A DNA stretch of 64,000 nucleotides from Oscillospiraceae bacterium (lineage in GTDB: Bacteria; Bacillota; Clostridia; UBA1212; UBA1255), in the NCBI GenBank assembly GCA_015069165.1, contig SVJD01000005.1, positions 6,021-70,020 on the forward strand, written 5' to 3'. Both the position numbers and the translations under genes were made by a program. Positions within the stretch are counted from its first letter, which is position 1, and every line of letters begins with the position of its first letter. A model generated the notes under the pieces. The model worked only from the letters and a program-made list of their open reading frames with translations, was not told where the DNA came from and made no database searches. Positions 47,706 through 56,008 of this stretch are shown here, piece by piece.

Positions 47706-49868
47706 ATGAAAGCTATTATTATGGCAGGAGGCGAAGGAACAAGACTGCGCCCCATAACTTGTCAAATGCCAAAACCTGCAGTACCTGTATGCGACAAAGC
47801 TGTAATTATTCACATCATTGAACTTTTAGAAAAACACGGTATAAGTGAAATTGCCGTAACATTAAAATATCTCCCTGCAGAAATAAAAAAGATAATCGAC
47901 ATTGCAAGAGCAAATGAAACAATAAAATCAGATATAAAATTTTGTACGGAATCCTCACCTCTGGGTACAGCAGGAAGTGTAAGAAACTGTATAAAAGAAT
48001 GTTTTGACAATTCCGAAGATGATTTTTTAATAATCAGCGGAGATGCCATGACAGATATAAATCTCAGTGAAATGATAAAGTTTCACCAAAACAAGAAAAA
48101 AATGGCAACTATAGCAATAAAACCGGTAGAAGAACCTACAGAATTCGGAATAGTTCTTACTAACAGCCAAAGCATGGTAACGGGATTTATTGAAAAACCT
48201 GTTTGGAGTGAAGCCGTAAGCAATTTGGCAAATACCGGTATTTATATTATTACAGAGGATTTGATGCAACTTTGTCCCGACGAAGGTGCATGTGATTTTG
48301 CAAAAGATATTTTTACAAAAATTCCGGATTTAAGTAATAATTTGGCAGCCTTTTACACAGATGCTTTTTGGTGTGATATAGGAGATATAAATTCATACAG
48401 GAAAGTTAATTTAAGGTTAGCAACAAAAAACAATAATAGCTTTATAGGAAAAAATTGCAACATTTCAGAAGATGCTATCATAATAAACAGTGTGATTTGT
48501 CATGGCTGCACGGTAGAAGCAGGAAGCGTAGTGGAAAATACTGTAATAATGCCCAATTCCTATATTGGTAAAAATTGTCGCATAAGGAACAGCGTTATAT
48601 GTAAAAGCGTTACTTGCCAAAATGGTGTAACTGCCGAAAATGCCGCGGTGGGAGAAAAGGCAAATATCGGAAAATCAGTTACAATCAAAAACGGAACAAA
48701 AATTTGGGATAATATAAACATTTTACCCGAAAGTGTATTAAGCGGCATTGTTAAAAGTCCGACAGAAACAAACTGCATCAACGCAAATAATATATTCGGA
48801 GGTTCTGTTGCAAGTTATTCTCCTGAAATGATTTTGCGTTTAGGCAGAGCATTCGGAACATTCTTAGGTCAACACGCATCTTGTGTAGTTTGTTCGGACA
48901 GCAGCGGAAGCAGCTCAATGATTGCAGCCGGGTTTCAATCTGCACTTGCGTCTGTGGGAATTTCCGTGAAAATAATTGAGTCTGTTCCCCTACCCGTATT
49001 GAGATGGATTTGCCGCTCGGGAATATGTGACGGCGCTGTCCATGTTTCAGAAAAGGAAGATAATGTAATTCATTTGTTAAACGGATTCGGGGATGATTTG
49101 TGCAAAAACGAAAGAAGAAAGTTCAAATCTCTTTATGACTCAGAAGATTTTACAACAGTAAACCGCCGTAACATTCCTGCCTTTGAAGAATTGTCAAATC
49201 CGGAAGATTATTACATTTCTTCACTTATGGATATATTCAAATGTCCTCATAAAAATTTGAATTATATAGGCCGTAAATTTTCAAAAAGCCAACGTTTTGC
49301 CGCAGCTTCATATTTAACAATAAAGATGTTTCGCGATGCACCAATATTTTTACCTGCTTTTGATTCTTTGGCTGCTGAAAAAATAGCGGTAAAATACGAC
49401 CGTTATTTTATAAAATGCGGATGCAAAACAGGAGATATAATGGCAGAAATGGAAAAATTTATGCACATTGACGGTGTATATGCACAATATCTTATGTTGT
49501 TCGACGATCTTGCTTTTGATTTAGCTCTGTGTTGTATAGATAGTTTTATTAACGAAGAAAAAGATATTGAGACAGAAAACCTCATAAAAATTCCCGTTTT
49601 TCGTTCCGAATGGGAAATTCCGATAAAAAAAGACCCTGCTAAGTGCAACAAAGCAGAAATTATAAAAAAATTTACAAACTCAAAAATTGCCGAAAACGGC
49701 TATGAAATAAACGACGGAATACGTATTCACACACCGGATTTTGCCGCCAGAGTATGTGCAGAAGACGAAAAGCAAGCTTTTCATGTGTATGTTGAGAGTT
49801 TAAGCGAAGAGTACGGAAAAGAAATAGCTTTTGACATCCTCAAAACTCTTGAAAATTTATTGACTTAA
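47706..49868 (+). CDS. sugar-phosphate nucleotidyltransferase fused to left-handed beta-helix and a degenerate phosphohexomutase-like C-terminal region
   Basis: N-terminus MKAIIMAGGEGTRLRPIT (the GGxGTRLxPLT motif). Hexapeptide repeats span about aa 250-330. The C-terminal half has a PGM/PMM-like layout but no TASHNP or DGDGDR motif. Confidence 0.7.
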   Translation: MKAIIMAGGEGTRLRPITCQMPKPAVPVCDKAVIIHIIELLEKHGISEIAVTLKYLPAEIKKIIDIARANETIKSDIKFCTESSPLGTAGSVRNCIKECFDNSEDDFLIISGDAMTDINLSEMIKFHQNKKKMATIAIKPVEEPTEFGIVLTNSQSMVTGFIEKPVWSEAVSNLANTGIYIITEDLMQLCPDEGACDFAKDIFTKIPDLSNNLAAFYTDAFWCDIGDINSYRKVNLRLATKNNNSFIGKNCNISEDAIIINSVICHGCTVEAGSVVENTVIMPNSYIGKNCRIRNSVICKSVTCQNGVTAENAAVGEKANIGKSVTIKNGTKIWDNINILPESVLSGIVKSPTETNCINANNIFGGSVASYSPEMILRLGRAFGTFLGQHASCVVCSDSSGSSSMIAAGFQSALASVGISVKIIESVPLPVLRWICRSGICDGAVHVSEKEDNVIHLLNGFGDDLCKNERRKFKSLYDSEDFTTVNRRNIPAFEELSNPEDYYISSLMDIFKCPHKNLNYIGRKFSKSQRFAAASYLTIKMFRDAPIFLPAFDSLAAEKIAVKYDRYFIKCGCKTGDIMAEMEKFMHIDGVYAQYLMLFDDLAFDLALCCIDSFINEEKDIETENLIKIPVFRSEWEIPIKKDPAKCNKAEIIKKFTNSKIAENGYEINDGIRIHTPDFAARVCAEDEKQAFHVYVESLSEEYGKEIAFDILKTLENLLT

Positions 49869-49923
49869 TTAACTAACCGAATTATAATTATACAGATAAT
49901 GCTAATCGGAGGATGACACTATT

Positions 49924-52215
49924 ATGAAAAAAAGCTTATTTTCAGCAATTAAGGTTTGTTTGATGCTTTTAGTTTCTTTAGTTCTTGTTTTTGCACTTTG
50001 TTCATGCAACGGCGAAGAAGCACCCGAAGCTACTCAAGCACCTTCAACAGAACCCCCTGCAATTGCAACTTTTAAGCCCGTAGTTGAAATCAACTATGAC
50101 AAGACAGAATTCACAATCGTAGAAACAACGATTGTTGAATACATAGGTAAAGGCGGAGATGTTGTAATTCCCGAAAAAGTAACTGCAATCGGAGACATGG
50201 CGTTCAGCGGACGTTCCGACGTAACATCTGTTACTTTTACAAAGGACGTTGTTTCAATCGGTGAGAAAGCGTTTGAAAACTGTTCCGGACTGGGAGCAGG
50301 TTTTGTTCCCCCTTCTAACCTTTCATATCTCGGCGACAGCGCTTTTGCAGGATGCACAGGTATTACTGAGATAGAAATTCAAAACAAACCTATCGAAGTA
50401 GGTACTAACATCTTCGAAGGATGTACTTCATTGAAGAAAGTAATAATTCCTAAGACTTTCCAAATAATTCCCGACTATACTTTTGCCGGATGTTCTTCTC
50501 TTACAGATGTAACCATCGACAACGAAATCGTTTCTATCGGTGAGCACGCTTTTGACGGTTGCACAAGTCTTGAGAAATTTAATTTCCCCACAAAGACAAC
50601 AAAAATCGGCGACTACGCATTCACAGGATGTGAGAAACTTTCAGAAATCAACTTCCAGAGAGCTCTCGACGAAATCGGATATTTTGTATTCAATGACACT
50701 GCATGGTTTAACAATCAAGTTAAAGCTCAAAAGGAAAATACTCCGGCTGAAACACCTGCCGAGGGTAATGCAGATATTAACAAATACATCCTTGTAGGTC
50801 ACGATGTTATTATTTATTATATTGATGATAACGCAACAACATTAAATATACCTGACAAAGCATACGGTATTGCATCAGGTGCTTTTGACCACTGCATTGC
50901 AAATGTAGAAACTGTAAACTTTACAACATCAAGCAGCCTTGTAAAACTCGGTTCAGGCGCATTCAAAGATGCTGTTAAACTTACAACATTCAGCTTGCCT
51001 ACAAAGGTTACTATATTGAATAACGATGTATTCAGCGGTTGTGTTAGCATGTCTACATTCAATGTTGCAAGCAAATTGACATTCGTTGGTGATAACGCTT
51101 TCAAAAACTGCGAAAAGCTTACATCTATTTTCTTGCCTGATGATATTACTTCTATCGGCGACAATGCTTTCTATGGTTGTAAAGCTCTTAAGGAAGTTAC
51201 TCTCCCCGACTCTATTACAAGTCTCGGCGATTATGCTTTCAAAGATTGTAACGAACTTGCAAAAGTTATCATTCCTCTTAAATTGTCAGATATCGGTGTT
51301 CAAGCTTTCGACAACACAAAATGGTATAACGACCTCAGCGTTTATGAAGAAGCTCCCACAGAAAACCAATTCCACATTTTTGGTGACGGAATTCTTATCA
51401 AAGCTGACATTATTGACAATTCTTCAATTGTAATTCCCGAAAATGTAAAATCTATTGCAGCTTTCACATTTACAAACTGGGGCAAAATCAATGACAGAGA
51501 ATTCTACAATTCAAAGCTCCCTAAGAGTATTACAATTCCTGACGGTGTTACATCAATCGGCGATTATGCTTTCTACTTCTGCGACAACTTGGAAACTGTT
51601 TTCATTTCAAACACAGTTACCAACATCGGAGAAAAAGCATTCTACGGTTGTAAAAACCTTAAGTTAATTACTCTTCCCGAGTCTTTAACAGAAATCAAAG
51701 ATTATGCTTTCTACGGATGCAGTGCTCTTCCCGAGATTACATTGCCTTCCAATTTAACTTCAATCGGAAGCTATGCTTTCTATGATTGTTATAAACTTAC
51801 AGAAATCGAAATTCCCGCTTCGGTAAAATATGTAGGATCCAATGCTTTCAAAAACACAAGTTGGTTCTACTATAACACTGACGAAGAAATGATTGTCGGT
51901 GACGGTGTGCTTCTTAAAGTTACTGCTCCTTCCGCTGACATCGTTCTTTCAAACAATGTAAAATCATTTGCCGGCGGTGCTTTTGATTCTGCTAACATTC
52001 AGACAATTAAGCTCCCTGCTGCAGTAACGGAAATTCCCGAGTATGCATTCTCCGGTTGCGTAGACCTTAAAGAAGTAACAGGCGGCAACATCAGCAAAAT
52101 AGGAAAGCGTGCTTTCAACGGATGCTTCAAGATAGAGAGCTTCAATGCAGGCAGCGCAACTGTTGATGCAGAAGCTTACATTAACTCTTCTTTGGACAAA
52201 GCTGTTTCCGAGTAA
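49924..52215 (+). CDS. BspA-type leucine-rich repeat surface lipoprotein
   Basis: Signal/lipobox ...LVFALCSC. There are more than 20 tandem units of about 23 aa of the form IGd.AF.gC..L..i.iP..v.. Confidence 0.8.
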   Translation: MKKSLFSAIKVCLMLLVSLVLVFALCSCNGEEAPEATQAPSTEPPAIATFKPVVEINYDKTEFTIVETTIVEYIGKGGDVVIPEKVTAIGDMAFSGRSDVTSVTFTKDVVSIGEKAFENCSGLGAGFVPPSNLSYLGDSAFAGCTGITEIEIQNKPIEVGTNIFEGCTSLKKVIIPKTFQIIPDYTFAGCSSLTDVTIDNEIVSIGEHAFDGCTSLEKFNFPTKTTKIGDYAFTGCEKLSEINFQRALDEIGYFVFNDTAWFNNQVKAQKENTPAETPAEGNADINKYILVGHDVIIYYIDDNATTLNIPDKAYGIASGAFDHCIANVETVNFTTSSSLVKLGSGAFKDAVKLTTFSLPTKVTILNNDVFSGCVSMSTFNVASKLTFVGDNAFKNCEKLTSIFLPDDITSIGDNAFYGCKALKEVTLPDSITSLGDYAFKDCNELAKVIIPLKLSDIGVQAFDNTKWYNDLSVYEEAPTENQFHIFGDGILIKADIIDNSSIVIPENVKSIAAFTFTNWGKINDREFYNSKLPKSITIPDGVTSIGDYAFYFCDNLETVFISNTVTNIGEKAFYGCKNLKLITLPESLTEIKDYAFYGCSALPEITLPSNLTSIGSYAFYDCYKLTEIEIPASVKYVGSNAFKNTSWFYYNTDEEMIVGDGVLLKVTAPSADIVLSNNVKSFAGGAFDSANIQTIKLPAAVTEIPEYAFSGCVDLKEVTGGNISKIGKRAFNGCFKIESFNAGSATVDAEAYINSSLDKAVSE

Positions 52216-52240
52216 TATCATCCTCATAAATAAACTATTT

Positions 52241-52270
52241 AAGCGGTTCGTTTTACGAGCCGCTTTTTTA
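52241..52270 (+). terminator. rho-independent terminator
   Basis: 10-bp stem AAGCGGTTCG / CGAGCCGCTT (one G-U pair) with loop TTTTA, then a T6 run. Confidence 0.75.
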
Positions 52271-52304
52271 TATTTTGGGGTTTTACAAACTTTGCATATT
52301 TTTA

Positions 52305-52333
52305 TTGCACAAGTTTTCTATTTGTGATAGAAT
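52305..52333 (+). promoter_or_regulatory. sigma-A-type promoter of glnA
   Basis: TTGCAC (52305-52310), 17-nt spacer, extended -10 TGaTAGAAT (TAGAAT at 52328-52333). Confidence 0.5.
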
Positions 52334-52371
52334 TTTTGAGTGTTTAAATAACAACAGATTGGAGTGTTTAT

Positions 52372-53796
52372 ATGGGCAAAAGTGTTAAAGATATCATGAA
52401 TCTTATTAAAGAAAAAGATATCAAAATGATTGATTTTAAAATGGTAGACATAAATGGACAGTATCGTCATGTTACTATTCCGGCTCAACATTTTTCAGAA
52501 GAAACAATGGTTACCGGCGTAGGTTTTGATGCATCAAATTACGGTTACGCAGTAGTTGAAAAAAGTGATATGGTATTTATACCCGATCCTGACACAGCTT
52601 TAATCGATCCTTTCTGTGAAATACCTACGTTGTCAATGAGCGGTAACGCAATGATTATTGATACACCGAATAATAAGCCTCTTGCACAATATCCGAGAAA
52701 TATAGTTCAGGCTGCAGAGCAGTATATGAAGGATTCCGGTATTGCCGATACAATGCTTATTCTTCCTGAGTTTGAGTTTTATCTTTTCGACCAAGTAGGT
52801 TGGGAAGTTCAATCAAATTCCGTAGCAGCTTTTGTTGATGCAAAACAATCATACTGGAACAGTATGACAGAAGGTATGGGACAAGTAGTTCCCAAGCAAA
52901 AAGCTTACCACATTGCTAAACCTTTCGATACATCTTACGAATGCAGAAGTGAAATGTGTATGCTTATCGAGGAAGCAGGTATCCCCGTTAAATACCATCA
53001 CCCCGAAGTAGCAGCTTCAGGTCAGTTCGAAATAGAGCCTATGCTCGGCGAAATGTCAAAAATGGCTGATGCTACAATGATGATTAAATATATCATTCAC
53101 AACACAGCAGCTAAATACGGCAAGAGCGCAACACTTATGCCGAAGCCTGTTTACGGTGAAGCAGGAAGCGGTATGCATGTACATATCATGCTCTTTAAAG
53201 ACGGCGAACCTCTCTTCTCTGATGACAACGGTTATTCACATTTGAGCGAAACTGCTCACTACTTTATGGGCGGTCTTCTTAAACATATCGGCTCTTTGTG
53301 TGCAATCACAAACCCCAGCACAAACTCATTCAAGCGTCTTGTGCCCGGTTTTGAAGCTCCTGTTACTGTTGGCTATGCAACATCAAACAGAAGTGCCGTT
53401 ATCAGAATTCCGGCATACGCAAAACAGCCTTCTGAGCGCCGTTTTGAGCTCCGTAACCCTGATGCTACATGTAACCCCTATTTCTGCTACGCAGCGATTT
53501 TAATGGCAGGTCTCGACGGTATTAAGAATAAAATCGATCCTCATGCTAATGGTTGGGGTCCTTACGATGTAAACCTTTACAATTTGCCCGAGGAAGAAAA
53601 AGCAAAACTCAAAGGTTTGCCCACATCACTCGAAGCAGCTCTCGATGCTCTTGAAGCAGATTACGAGTACCTTACAGCCGGCGGAGTATTCCCCGAAGTG
53701 CTCATCAAAAACTTTATTGCCACAAAGCGCAAAGAGTGCAGTGAACTTTCAAAGATCCCCCACCCTGCTGAGTTTGAGAAATATTATAATCTTTGA
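52372..53796 (+). CDS. glnA: type I glutamine synthetase
   Basis: GS signatures FDASNYGY (beta-grasp), KPVYGEAGSGMHVH (ATP site) and NPDATCNPY; 474 aa. Confidence 0.95.
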   Translation: MGKSVKDIMNLIKEKDIKMIDFKMVDINGQYRHVTIPAQHFSEETMVTGVGFDASNYGYAVVEKSDMVFIPDPDTALIDPFCEIPTLSMSGNAMIIDTPNNKPLAQYPRNIVQAAEQYMKDSGIADTMLILPEFEFYLFDQVGWEVQSNSVAAFVDAKQSYWNSMTEGMGQVVPKQKAYHIAKPFDTSYECRSEMCMLIEEAGIPVKYHHPEVAASGQFEIEPMLGEMSKMADATMMIKYIIHNTAAKYGKSATLMPKPVYGEAGSGMHVHIMLFKDGEPLFSDDNGYSHLSETAHYFMGGLLKHIGSLCAITNPSTNSFKRLVPGFEAPVTVGYATSNRSAVIRIPAYAKQPSERRFELRNPDATCNPYFCYAAILMAGLDGIKNKIDPHANGWGPYDVNLYNLPEEEKAKLKGLPTSLEAALDALEADYEYLTAGGVFPEVLIKNFIATKRKECSELSKIPHPAEFEKYYNL

Positions 53797-53818
53797 TTTT
53801 TTACAAATAAGATAGAGA

Positions 53819-53855
53819 AAGACTGTGACCTACTTTGGGTTCACAGTCTTTTTTA
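53819..53855 (+). terminator. rho-independent terminator of glnA
   Basis: Stem GACTGTGACC / GGTTCACAGTC followed by a T6 run. Confidence 0.75.
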
Positions 53856-53899
53856 TGTAATCATTATGATTTACTTGGTATTTTTTTGAATAGAAGATA

Positions 53900-53928
53900 T
53901 TGACAGCAGAAATTTATTATGATATCAT
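53900..53928 (+). promoter_or_regulatory. sigma-A-type promoter of the SPFH operon
   Basis: TTGACA (53900-53905), 17-nt spacer, TATCAT (53923-53928). Confidence 0.5.
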
Positions 53929-53946
53929 TTTGATATCATAATAAAT
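53912..53946. promoter_or_regulatory. perfect 16+16 bp inverted repeat (candidate operator)
   Basis: ATTTATTATGATATCA-TTT-TGATATCATAATAAAT. The arms are exactly complementary, each contains the TGATATCA sub-palindrome, and the repeat overlaps the -10 box and the predicted transcription start. Confidence 0.6.
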
Positions 53947-53963
53947 AAAGGAGAGACAAAATT

Positions 53964-54989
53964 ATGAGTGAAAAAATTTTAGCAAATAAAAAGAGTGGAA
54001 TGTTAATGCTTATATTAACGATTATCTGGGAAGTATCTTGCTTTGGCGGATTTATTTTTGGCGTTTTTCAGCTTGAAAAAGCAGAAACTACTCCTTGGAT
54101 TATTTGGACTTTAGGATGTTTCTTTTTGACTTCTACTGGTTGGTTTCCTGTGTTCGGTTTAAAAGTACTTAAACCTCAAGAAGCTTTGGTACTTACACTT
54201 TTTGGTAAATATAAAGGAACTTTAAAAGGCGACGGATTCTTTTGGGTAAACCCCTTCTGCACCTCTGTAAACCCCGCAGCGCAGACAAAACTCAATCAGA
54301 GCGGCGATGTTCAGACGGTTACAACTACAATAATTGATGCTTCAAAAGGTACAACTACAACAACATCAAATACGTCAAAAAAACTTTCATTAAAATTAAT
54401 GACACTCAATAACAGCCGTCAAAAAATCAACGACTGTTTGGGTAACCCTATCGAAATCGGAATTGCCGTAACATGGCGAATTGTTGACACAGCAAAAGCA
54501 GTTTTCAATGTTGATAACTACAAAGAATTCCTTTCGCTCCAATGCGACAGTGCACTTCGTAATATAGTTCGTATTTACCCCTACGACATAGCACCGGGTG
54601 TTGATACTACAGGCGACGGAATTGCAGACGAAGGAAGTCTCAGAGGCTCCAGCGAGATCGTAGCACAAAGAATACGCGATGAGATTCAAAATCGTGTTGA
54701 CGAGGCCGGAATCGAGATTGTAGAAGCTCGTATTACATACCTTGCTTACGCTACGGAAATTGCGGCTGTTATGCTCCAACGTCAGCAAGCATCTGCTATT
54801 ATTGATGCTCGTAAAATGATTGTTGAAGGCGCTGTAGGTATGGTAGAAATGGCACTCGACAGATTAAACGAAGGCGGCAAAGTTGAATTGGACGAAGAAA
54901 GAAAAGCTGCTATGGTATCCAACCTTTTGGTTGTTCTTTGCGGAAACCGTGATGCGCAGCCAATTGTAAATTCAGGAAGTTTGTACTAA
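53964..54989 (+). CDS. SPFH/Band 7 domain membrane protein
   Basis: Two N-terminal TM helices followed by an SPFH-like core (VLKPQEALVLTLFGKY..., coiled-coil AVMLQRQQASAIIDARK). A Thr-rich insert lies within the core. Confidence 0.85.
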   Translation: MSEKILANKKSGMLMLILTIIWEVSCFGGFIFGVFQLEKAETTPWIIWTLGCFFLTSTGWFPVFGLKVLKPQEALVLTLFGKYKGTLKGDGFFWVNPFCTSVNPAAQTKLNQSGDVQTVTTTIIDASKGTTTTTSNTSKKLSLKLMTLNNSRQKINDCLGNPIEIGIAVTWRIVDTAKAVFNVDNYKEFLSLQCDSALRNIVRIYPYDIAPGVDTTGDGIADEGSLRGSSEIVAQRIRDEIQNRVDEAGIEIVEARITYLAYATEIAAVMLQRQQASAIIDARKMIVEGAVGMVEMALDRLNEGGKVELDEERKAAMVSNLLVVLCGNRDAQPIVNSGSLY

Positions 54990-55013
54990 TTATGGAAAAG
55001 GAAGGCGATTTGC

Positions 55014-55217
55014 ATGGGAGAAAATGAAAAAAAACAAGTGCCGCTGCGCCTTTCGTCAAAGCTTTACAATGCAATTGCAAGTTGGGCAGAAGATGATTTT
55101 CGTTCGGTAAACGGACAGATAGAATATCTTTTAACTGAATGTGTGCGTCAACGCAAGAAAAACGGAAAATATATTTCCGACGAAATTGACAAACCACTTG
55201 ATATTGATATTAAGTAA
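55014..55217 (+). CDS. Arc-type ribbon-helix-helix DNA-binding protein
   Basis: [34 protein letters not shown] fits the RHH beta-strand / helix / helix pattern. RBS AAGGAAGG. Confidence 0.75.
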   Translation: MGENEKKQVPLRLSSKLYNAIASWAEDDFRSVNGQIEYLLTECVRQRKKNGKYISDEIDKPLDIDIK

Positions 55218-55289
55218 TATTTAGCATTTTTCGGTTGACAAAGTCGCATTTTAGAAATACAATAAGAAAAAAAGATGGAGGTATTATCT

Positions 55290-55538
55290 ATGGATAACAG
55301 AGTTTTATACGGAATTATGTGTATTATTTTCAACTCTCTCGGTGTTCCCTGCTTTATGAGAGGCGATGTCGGCACAGGTATTCTCAGAATTGTTTTGGGC
55401 GTTGTTACTTGCGGCGTAATCAGTATTATTAATGAAATCATGGGTATCATCCTTGGAATTCAAGTATTGTGTATGTCTGATGAAGAATTCAACGAGAAAA
55501 AAGCAACTCTCGTAAAAGGCGTTCCCGCAGGCAAATAA
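55290..55538 (+). CDS. small two-TM membrane protein (TM2-domain-like)
   Basis: LYGIMCIIFNSLGVPCFMRGDVGTGILRIVLG resembles the TM2 domain pattern but lacks the HRFY core. ATG at 55290 sits 8 nt after GGAGG. Confidence 0.5.
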   Translation: MDNRVLYGIMCIIFNSLGVPCFMRGDVGTGILRIVLGVVTCGVISIINEIMGIILGIQVLCMSDEEFNEKKATLVKGVPAGK

Positions 55539-55554
55539 TTTACATAACGTAAAC

Positions 55555-55587
55555 AAAAAGCCGACCACGATGTGGCCGGCTTTTTTT
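55555..55587. terminator. bidirectional terminator between convergent operons
   Basis: Stem GCCGACCAC / GTGGCCGGC (one mismatch), flanked by A5 and T7 runs. Confidence 0.65.
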
Positions 55588-55594
55588 ATCTTTT

Positions 55595-56008
55595 TTAAGC
55601 ATTTAAAATTTTTTTCACTGACAAAATATTTTGTCCGTTTTTATACTCGTACATAATTTCGTCCATTAATTTCTTTACCATATATATACCAAGTCCGCCG
55701 ATTTGTCTTTCATCTGCCGAAAGTGTTATATCAGGTTCGGTTTGTTTTGTAGGGTCATAAGGTATACCTTCATCAATAAATGTTATAAGTACTGCCAAAG
55801 GATTCTCTGTAAATTCCACTTTTACAGTTACATTGCCATCAGAAAGATTATATGCGTAATGTGCAATATTTCCAAAAAGTTCATCAATAGCTATGTCAAT
55901 CTGCATTTGGACTTTTATGGGGCAATCAAAAGCTTCAAGTTGTTCATTTACAAAATCCGTAACAGTTTTAATATTTTCAACTGTAGCACAAACAGTTATC
56001 TCTTTCAT
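55595..56008 (-). CDS. anti-sigma-factor-type serine kinase (RsbW/SpoIIAB-like GHKL ATPase)
   Basis: 137 aa with an N-box-like DELFGNIAHYA, a G-box DEGIPYDP and an ATP-lid GGLGIYMV. A 4-nt overlap joins it to the upstream phosphatase gene. Confidence 0.85.
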   Translation of the reverse strand: MKEITVCATVENIKTVTDFVNEQLEAFDCPIKVQMQIDIAIDELFGNIAHYAYNLSDGNVTVKVEFTENPLAVLITFIDEGIPYDPTKQTEPDITLSADERQIGGLGIYMVKKLMDEIMYEYKNGQNILSVKKILNA

